From: Ramazzottius varieornatus
Lineage: Eukaryota > Animalia > Tardigrada
Direction: 5' to 3'
Assembly: GCA_001949185.1 (NCBI GenBank)
Contig: BDGG01000001.1
Coordinates: forward strand, 7,390,149-7,454,148
DNA length: 64,000 nt
How positions within the stretch are numbered: the first letter of the stretch is position 1; each line of letters opens with the position of its first letter. A program made the position numbers and the translations under genes. The notes beneath the pieces are model-generated. The model was not told the DNA's origin. It did no database searches and worked only from the letters and a program-made list of their open reading frames with translations. Shown piece by piece: positions 49,830 through 64,000 of this stretch.

Positions 49830-50810
49830 GAGTTTCTCAGGAAGCAGGGTTCTTCCTGACATTCTACCAGCAAGATTTCTTCGATGCAGTCTCTTCAGAG
49901 CACTTCTTGGCCGAAAGTAACCCCTTGCCAACAGTGATCTGGACGGAAGAGCATGATTAGCAGCTAGCGGAGGCAGGTGCGTCGACAAGCGTCCACCATC
50001 TTCCAGACGGCATTCTCACCAGCGTGTTCGAGCATCTTGGTGCCTTCAGTCGTCTTCAGAAGAGACAGCCAGTAATTACAGGTAATCACGTACACGTATA
50101 AAATTACCGATTATGTAAAACAGCGCACTCTTTAAAGGGTACGTAGTACCAACTGAATGGTTTCAGGGTATGTGCGAAGTGGAAGAAGGTGCTGGATTCG
50201 ATGCAGCTGAAGACCAAGAGTGTGTTCTTGAACGTCGACTATGTTGTGCAGAAGTAAAGTATCCTGGTAAACGCAAAAGTCTGGTAGAGGATCGGGACAA
50301 GGGATACGAAGAGCATGGAGAGCACTGGCTGCCACCCAAAAGCTTGTTTGAGCGCTTCGATGGGTACGCGCACACTGTACATCCGCACTGGAGTGCCGCT
50401 GTCCACGCTGGGAAGGTTGACCCTGAAGGAGAAGCCCAGCTCGCACGAGAAGCTAACCGGCGGAACGCTCAATGTCCTGTTCCGCCGTTTAGTGTGCTCC
50501 GAAGCTTGGCGAACTGTTTTTGTCGACAGTGCGCTAGTGCAGCACACGATGGTGGTCGACCGTCAGAAGGAATCCGACCGCGATAAACAAAAGGTTAGCA
50601 AGTACAGATGGCGCAGCGGGAGTTTTCGTCCTGCTGCTTAACGTGGTTTCTGCCTTGTATTTCTTATTTTTTTGCGCGCGTCTATCTTAACTGCTGGAAG
50701 GATTGCATGACACCGTGTGCCAAAGAAAGCCTCCGCAAATCGCCTGAAGATTCGTCCTGACCGGAGTTGCAACAATGGGCGAGAAGATCGTGATGCGATC
50801 TGCCAGGTAA
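49830..50810 (+). pseudogene. Probable F-box protein pseudogene
   Basis: HHLPDGILTSVFEHL (~50000), then after an intron (50082-50166) RVCAKWKKVL: a split F-box. In-frame stops occur before (HD*QL) and after (VVQK*, KVW*), and the intron phase does not match. Confidence 0.55.
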
Positions 50811-53800
50811 GTGAGGTAACGATCCTGGATGCTCTAAGGTTTCATATGTAACATACTGCTGCCGGAAATGCGGTCCACCAGTCAGTCCTTTTTCCAAGGG
50901 AAGAAATTTTAATAATATCGAGGCAGTAACGCTATGGTCGAAAGCGGCAGAAAAACATAGAAAGTTAAAACAAAGAGCCACATTATCTGTATAGTTTTGT
51001 CATTAGTTGTCTAGGCTTCTGGAGGGCCCAGCTGAGTACTTAAAAGCATCATTTAACGATGTGGGGACTTTGGGGAATTTGTTGAAATATGATTAATAGA
51101 GTGTAGTTGTCGTTTGTGGAGCTTAAGGGGTCAGGAACTCAGTGGCTGATGAATGATCTATCGGCACGATGCGATTTCATGGGCACTTGGCCAGCTTATT
51201 ACTGACGTCAAAGGACTCGCTCAAAACGATATGGTTTCAGCTACTGCTTGTGCTGCTTGTCCAGGACCAACATTCACGCTCCTCGTTTTTCCCTTCTTCC
51301 ACTATAAATAGTTGTTAACTGTTCGACTTTCTCTGCTGGCAGGCGGCGTTCGACCGCACAGGCAGACGATGCACACCACGACAGATATTCCTTCTCGCGT
51401 ATACACGCCTTGACGTCAGAGTAACAGCCGCGTTTTGCTTACTCTACTAGATTACTCGATTACGCTAGCTAGCTCAGCTCAATCGTGTGCCGGTCAAATG
51501 ACAAAAACGTTCATTTGTCCTTGTCTCATTCAAGTCTTCCCGTAGTCTTCCTGCCAAGGATCTCGTGCCTGGAACAAGAAATAGATCGAAGAGTAAATAC
51601 AGTCCACGAGGTCTTGGTATAATCTGCGCTAGACAATCAACGTCATTGCGAGACGATTTCCGCGCGTTGTGGCCTCATAGTCTTTCTCTGCGTTGACTTG
51701 GGGTAGTCTTGTCTCTCTTTGCTTGTTTTGGAGGTCGGTTCGACCAAAAGGGTCCTTCAGATCGGGAACAGTAACGGGGATGTCCTCAGGCTGTGCAACA
51801 CTCGATCAAATATATAAATTCCACCATTTTATTTTTGCTTGAGAAAACAGCGCGCTTCATTATCAAAACTCGATAAACGATTGCGTCATTAATCAGATCT
51901 GGGCCTTCTCTCCCCTTCCTCAAGCCTCTCAACAGGAAGTCCCGTCGCGACATGGCCTCCGGCCTCCTAAGCTCGTCGGCTTCGCTGTCCTCTTGCTTCA
52001 GACTGTACGCGTATTCTTCCTCTTCCTCAAATCTGTGCCGTGATCAGTGGAACGATCAATGGCTGACCTACGATTTTCGAGCGGCAAACATTATTGCATC
52101 GTTAGGCATCCAAAATTGTCTGAGCTGTAATGTCGTTTCCTTCCGTCAGAAAACGCCCCTGAAATTTCACAGGATTGGCAAAAGCCTTATTTTGGTCCCG
52201 GACACTCTTTGAATGCTTTATCCCAGACACGAACTTCTTCTTATAAAATTTCTGAAAGTAAGAGTACCGGTAGCGGGTACCATTTGGTACCAACTGTGAC
52301 TGAAAAATTGACAGAGTTGACAGGTAAGACTGGAGGTAATCTCGCAAACGAAGGGTAAATTAGGAGCGAGTATAATCTCCGCCAATTTCACGATTAGCGG
52401 AATTATTGGTAATTACCGCTTTCGCTGGCGACTTTTTTTATCTGTAATTTTCCGTTTATACCGATAAACAGTCGACTAAATCGACAATGTTTTTCGGGTT
52501 TGAGGAAAGGGTTCTTGTTGGAGAGACATCAATCAAGCTCGTGTTTCAGGTGCTGCTGATGTGCTGATACCTGATTCCTGGCGTGGGGTAAATGGTTTTG
52601 TTCTACCGGAAGCTTGCTGGAGTCGGTGGCGCGTGTCGCTCAAGTTTGAAGTGTTATTTATCTAATTGAATGAACGTGCTCATTTATCCTGAAATGGCTG
52701 ACAAGCATGCTTGGCTGTTAATGGGTAAACGCATCCGAAAATTGGTTACACTTGTCATCAGGTTATACAATGTCCCGTCAGATCAAAGAGGATAAAGGAG
52801 CGGAAGGAACGACAGTAACCGATATTGAAGTGTACGGAAACTTACCTTTCGAACGGGTGTCCCTTGTGTAAACCAAGTAGTCAGGTTCTTCGCACACGTT
52901 TTCCTTCTCCGATTTCTAGTGTAAACGAAGGTTCACTTTGGCGCAGAGGAAACACTCGACAAATGTACTTACAGTCAACTCTTGTCAATGAACAATCACC
53001 AGACTGTAAAAGAGCAATCGCGGAGAGCTCTCTCGAAAGGGTCACGCTGACGAATTGCCGTAACCCGTGGATCTTTCCTTTCTGTGCCGAACAATGGTCT
53101 CAAGGATAGTAATTTGTGTATCAATAGGCTCACTCGGTCTTATAGGAATGTTCTTCGGCAGGCAAGAAACCCACGAGGGCGTAAACCTAATTATCCAAGT
53201 CAGCCACACGAACTCGCGCGTACGTTTCTTCCGAATGCCGAACTGTCTGGTGAGTTCCTTGTGGAACGCTCGAATTTAGCTGGGTGACTAAGATAGGCCA
53301 AACCACCCTGATGAACTCGCGCACGTGTCTTTTTGGACCCGCAGTGCGCAGCAGGCTCTTGGTGAAATGCGCGAGTTCACCTGGGGAAGTGGGCACACCT
53401 ACCCCGCTGAGCTGGCGCATCTTGGGTGGTTGATCTGTTGATGGTTCGCGCGAGTCTGTTACAGTAGTTGAAATTCCTCGCCTGCCTACCCCGACGAAGT
53501 GGCCAGTTATGCAAACACAAATTGGCATCACACAATCCATGTACTGTAGTGCATGGATTGTGTGATGCCATTTTGTGTTTGCAAAAAAGAAATCCGTGGA
53601 CTGCAAGTTCGAAAGAACGGTAGGGAAGAAAGGACAAAGAGAGAGGGTATGGTGTTACAATTGCTGAGATTTTGTGACAGTTTCCATCATCGCTTCGCAT
53701 CGGGATGGGGAAGTGGGTACAGTATGGTGAAGTCCAGTCGCGCACTAGTGATGATGGCTTGCGGCACTGATAGTGGCATGCAGCTGATGGGGGCTCATGA

Positions 53801-55339
53801 CTGGATTGGCTAACGAGAAGTAAGTTTAGCTACTGCAGATCCAGGCTACAGAAGCTGGGAGTCAGCGGTCATGTTATCTTATTTAAAGCTTGATTCCCAT
53901 CAGTCCGTATACACACAATACACACATCGTACCCGGCTCTTGCGTTCAGTGGAAAGGCCGTACTGTACTGCTGGCGTTGGCAGAAAGGCGTGCTGAGCTC
54001 GTTCTTTATACTTACTTACGCTGGCTTCAAGTTTCTTCTCGGGCTTCCTTCCTTTTCTCAAGCAAGCACGCCGAAGAAAAAATCACAGACACTTTTAGCT
54101 CTATGGAATTTGTTCCAGCTCCAATTTAGCTCTTAACGACGACGGGCGGAATGTGTCGTCGAGCGCATTGCCTGTAAGCTTGGGTCTTTGCTGGGGTGTC
54201 TGTTCAGGTGTCGCTGTTTTTAGATGTTGAGTGGTGAACCGGAAAGGCCTATCAACACGTCCTCATGTCTCCCGCTGCTTGATAGCGCCATAATTACCGC
54301 TTAAGCCACAGTACCGCTTTTGTGCGTCCTGCGTTTTGTGTCAGGCCAGGAAACTCAGCTTGACGGAAATCCCAGCGGATATTGCCAAATAATCGATGCT
54401 TATATCCCCTGTGCCCATATCATACGCCGGCAATATATCCGGGTCTTAACTTTTATCCCGTTGCCGTCTTTAAAGGCTAACCTACGGATGTACTTGTCAT
54501 ACAAACGACTTGAAGAACTCTAGCTGTTCGCCATTCAGCGGACTTTGTTTCGCATACAAATTGCCCGTTTAATTTTCTCCATCATTGACTCTTTCCTTTC
54601 CGGGTCCCTAAACGGTGACGGAACTCAAATTCAACGCAGTTGTATTTCACCCATATTCGTTTCGGGACTATATTTTGGGCGATTTTGGGCAATGTTATTT
54701 TGTGGACTATTGTTTCAGGGTCTGCTGAGATGACAGTGGTGTCACGATGGGCAGAAATCGATTTAGCGGCTAATTTTCTCGGCTGCTTTACGACAACATC
54801 GTTATCGCCTTTGCGTTTACAGTTGCAGTATTTGAAAGGACGGTCTTGTTCGTCTGATCAGTTTGGCCTGACGTTCCAGCCATAACTGCCATTGTGGAGT
54901 AGCTACCATCAGTCCTCGGTAAGTGTGCTCAGACCATTTATCACGCCTTTTGTCCCGCGGGAAATGCCTCCTTATTATCCAGCTTGAAAAAGTAATCATC
55001 GACGGTGCAGTTAGGAGGCAGGTCCGCCGTCACGTTAACGACCACTTTGCCTTCCCTTCGTTCCGTCCTTCGGTACCACCTTTCGCCACCTCGCAAATCA
55101 TAAGTGTAAAGTGTACTGTACCGCGCTCACACTTCCTCCACAATATTAAGCGCCGTCATGAGCAGATGAATAGCTGTTTATTTTCCCTTTGTCAACACCT
55201 CTTTTCTTTTCACTGTAGGCTTTTCTTATCACTGTAGGCTTTTCTTGCACAGACGTAAGTAGGCTCAAAAAAGCCGCTCATTTCTTCAAAAAGTCAGTTT
55301 ACTCTAGAGTGTATCTTGAAAGAGCAGGCCGAAACCACT

Positions 55340-56300
55340 CACGTTGACTCTGGATCTTGAGAAATACAATTCCACAGATTTATTGGTGGGCTTCAGATTA
55401 TCACTGCCTGCATTGCGGCCTGTTGCAGAATACATTTTCCACTGTTGTTGGTTCTCCCTATTGTGAAGAACCCATCTAATGCGCGTGAATTTAGGCGATT
55501 TTTCACGCGGAAGGGCATATCGACAATTTGTCAACCAGCAGGAGTTATCCCTAGCTTGTCGTCTCTCAGCCATTATAATGTTGCAGAAACTCGCGTCTCG
55601 CGATCAACCATAGAAAAAAGGACAGTTCCAGCGATACATCGCTGCTCCAAAGTTCGCTGAATTTGGTAAAGGTATTCCGCTGCCCTGAATAGTTGCGCAC
55701 GTTTAACGATCGTTTGTGTGGTTTTTAATAATGGGTGGATTGTACGGCATCGTAAAATCACAAGTGTGCAAATGATACGAAAGGCTTTCTCGATTATTTT
55801 TCAGGGTGTAGATCGTGAATATTCTGTAATTTCTTGTCAGCAAGTTTGAAGAGAAGAGATTTACTGTATGGTGATGGATTCTAATTTGTCTAATTTCACG
55901 CCTTGTTTGGGGGATGCGTGGAAGGAGAATGTTAGCTGACATTTTATTCATCCATCCAGGCATATGCATAAACGCCCGAAGGAACTGTACTGCGTGCAGG
56001 ACGAACTGCACATGGCGGTAACAGAAGAAAGATGCGAGATTTCTCATGATTATTTGCACAAGAGAAGACAACCTAGCACTGTTTAGAGCCGTCCAAATAC
56101 ATAAGAATGACTTGCATGTCGAATCTTGTACGAGGGGATGACACAGGGACCATTCCTGTTCTTTCGTGCGTCAAGAACATCTGTATAAACTACAGCCATG
56201 TCGATGTGTTTTGACCGCGATTTTGAATGTTCCTTCGGGATATCTTTCCGCTTGAATAACAGTGGTGAAGTTTTGAAGGGGTTGTGTTTCGAGACATTGG
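55340..56300 (-). mobile_element. Possible heavily decayed Mutator-like (MULE) transposase fossil
   Basis: Ordered remnants on the minus strand: EGTFK (~56230; cf. DGTFK), PLV, FSFH (cf. CxFH), RTNN.VE (~55450) and P.NLW; many stops and frameshifts; no TIR found. Confidence 0.4.
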
Positions 56301-57860
56301 TCAGTTCAGCTGGTTGTGATAAGGATATGATCCATGACAGACCGCTGTTCCTCACCCCGAGGAAGTTGCGCAATATCAATCGCACATGTCACTTTATGAT
56401 CCGCGCACTGTCAAACAAGCTTATTCGCTTACCCGAAAACATTAATGTCAGAAGATTAATCCGCCCTTTCATAGTCGGTCAGCATAAATATCTCGTTGAA
56501 TACTTGATCTTTTCAAAATTCGCAATTTTTTTCCGCCTCCAGCGTTTACACTTCGTGGTGTACGTTTCGAAGGTCATGCAGTTCTGGCGAGGTTTCTTCC
56601 GCGTAAGCATGATTTTTTATCCAGCACATTCCCAGCACATTCCGCGAAATTTTTTTGTTGAAGTGGGGATTAGGTGTTGACGTGGTTGGAGAGACAGTTT
56701 TCTTGGATGTTACCGGAATCTTATTGAAGGGATTAAGTCTTCTCTGCCCAGTGCCAAAATTACCAAAAACAGCAGGGATCAATGCACAAAACGGCTGAGC
56801 TGTGACATCAAGTGGATTCCGCAGCTTCGGCTCCTGTTGCGGTTGGGCTGAAGATCTTTGCGATATTCAGTTGTGACTTCGTTAACCACAGAACCGTGTC
56901 GATTCTCTTTCGTTCTGTATCTCCAAACTTCATTAATTTTGTGTTCCGCTTGTTTCACCGGTTATCCGCCTTTCCCAAAAACTGGTTGCGAGGTACCTTC
57001 CGTCGACGCAGTTCTAGACATCGAAGCGGGAAAAATTCTAGTATTGATTGCCTGTCCGTTTTTTGACATGGCGTAAATTTGATTACCGAGCATGCTGATC
57101 TCGCTAGGTTTCCCAGCATGGGGGCGCATGGTCTTTGCGTGAGCGTAGGTTCTGGTGCATGGTGAAAGTCCCCCCACTTTCTCATTCATAATTTATTCTT
57201 TTCATATGCATGGTTATGATATTGTTGTCTGTTCCTCTTTTCATCCCCATTGCAGCCCCCGAGCCATGTCGCACAAATAGCCCGCGTGGTACCCGACTGG
57301 GGAGACACAATAGAGTGCAAACACGATGAAGAATTCAGGGACGGGTATCTCTAGACGTATGTCTCTTCCTTGCCAGCACATTTATCTTGCATGACCATCA
57401 CGATGATGGGTCGTCAACGAGGCGAAGGCTATTCTAATGAGGCAATTGTTGAATAGGACGCGCGTAATTTAGGTTAGTCGCGTGGGAGTCCTTTACAGGA
57501 ATGTTGTCCTGATTATCACAAGCGGAAATCATAAAGAGTAGTTGTAGCAGGGAGACGAAAATGGCCTGGTGTGGCTGACCGCTTTCTATTGTGCTTAAGT
57601 TCCTTTTAACCCTTGCCTGACTTTTCCCTCTTGTGTTGCAGTGTTGATTTCAGTCTCGGGCATAAATTCCGGCCGTTCGACCAATCAAGCACAGCTGTTT
57701 CACTGAAATTGAATAGTAAAAAGTAACTTTTGTAACTCAGTTTTTATATCAGTCTTTAGTTGAAATGTGTCGCTTGATTGATCGTTAAGTACGTAAATTA
57801 TGCCCAGACTGAAATCAACACTGTTCTGTTGCAGACATCGCTGCTGCATTTTAGCGTACC

Positions 57861-62931
<5,071 letters not shown>

Positions 62932-63739
62932 GGGCCCGTAATGACCGCACCGAATGCCGATGTTTTCCCGCAGCCAGTATCAGGCGTCCCTGGACTGCTT
63001 GAGCTCGGCTCTCCGTTGTTTCTCTGTTTCGATGGTTCATGCTGGTTGCATTCTTGCTGAGGGGGGTCCTAGCCGTCTAGCACCACCTGCCCGACTATGC
63101 CCGGCATTGACGCTATAAAACTGTGCCTGCACAAATTTCCCTGCTACTTTTCTCACTACGATCGAATATAGAGTATCATTCAAAGTCGAGTTCAATACAG
63201 AATATCATATTTACTATATATATTGATTACAACAAAGTTGAGTTTAGTTTCAAAGCAAATATCTGGTATGGCTTTATTGCACAATTGACAGTTTGCGAAG
63301 ATCCTACTTATCAACACTGTATCTCGAGCACGTTGCAGAGCGGTGTGCAAGACGGTATCCGCCCGGATCGAGGAGTAGCACCACGTCATTACCTTCCGTT
63401 CTGTTCCTTCGGATACTCTTGACTGCCTTCGTTTCGGTAATATGGAGTTTCTAACAACTGGACCTGCCCTCATTTTGACGAGTGGCGCCTTCTGCAACGT
63501 TGACTTTGATAAACGGCATTTCTTTTTATTTTGGTTTTGAAAGGATTTTTATCACGAATTCTACTTTGCTTGTACCGTGCCCAGTCTTACAGTAGTTTCG
63601 ATCCATAGATATGTAGTACTCTTATTTCAGAATGGACCAATTTGATGAACGTGTAAAACATTCAACAAAACCTACATCAAGTTCCTTCGATTCTTTGGCT
63701 GTTTGAGCATGTGGCTTCTCGCCGGGCAAACAAAGGCCC

Positions 63740-64000
63740 TCACAAATCTCCGCTGGGCATTTCGTTGTCGGCGGTATCGCTGGTGACGGACGCTCCCGTC
63801 GTTTCTCGGACAGTTTCCGGCTGAGCAGTAACTTCCCAAAAGGCTTCCGTCGTCTTATTTTCTGTATTCTCCGGACGCGTACTGACCTCGATGGCGTTCC
63901 GTCGGGCCAGATCAGGTACCGCTGTCAGGTTGTAGCGTACTTCCTGGTCGATCAATCGGAGGGCTTCGTCCACGGACGGTGCAAATTTGGCTAAAGGTAA
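63740..64000 (-). CDS. 3'-terminal exon of an unidentified gene convergent with AChE
   Basis: Open frame from the window edge to TGA at 63740 (...DEALRLIDQEVRYNLTAVPDLARR...SGDL*); no recognisable domain. Confidence 0.5.
   Translation of the reverse strand, partial: LPLAKFAPSVDEALRLIDQEVRYNLTAVPDLARRNAIEVSTRPENTENKTTEAFWEVTAQPETVRETTGASVTSDTADNEMPSGDL

Noticed and set aside
51500-52350. Coding-looking fragments on the minus strand (e.g. RFEEEEEYAYSLKQEDSEADELRR)
   Set aside because: Could not assemble a consistent spliced ORF or recognise a domain.

Overview
Eukaryotic (animal) genomic DNA from a compact, intron-rich genome with GT-AG introns and mid-range GC. The gene set suggests a non-insect ecdysozoan, possibly a tardigrade; this is inference only. 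Left to right: the 3' end of a mucin-like gene with 141-bp coding repeats (+); a complete ~40-exon DNA-PKcs/PRKDC gene (-, 1738-24728) whose introns hold a tRNA-Thr(AGT), a Mos1-like mariner and a second Tc1/mariner element; a decayed near-full-length CR1/L2-like LINE; a cytosolic sulfotransferase; a short ZP-N-only gene next to a papillote-like ZP-N/transmembrane gene; an orphan secreted Cys-rich gene; Fzr/Cdh1; Snu13; an F-box pseudogene; a probable Mutator-like fossil; an ace-1-type acetylcholinesterase with a T (WAT) peptide; and the 3' end of an unknown gene. The most striking unexplained structure is a dispersed family of about 25 modular palindromic elements (core AAGTGGCGCACG-loop-CGTGCGCCACTT, 1-3 hairpin units inside terminal inverted repeats) that lies almost only in introns. 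No CRISPR array or prokaryotic system is present. Exon boundaries and copy counts were read by eye and are approximate.
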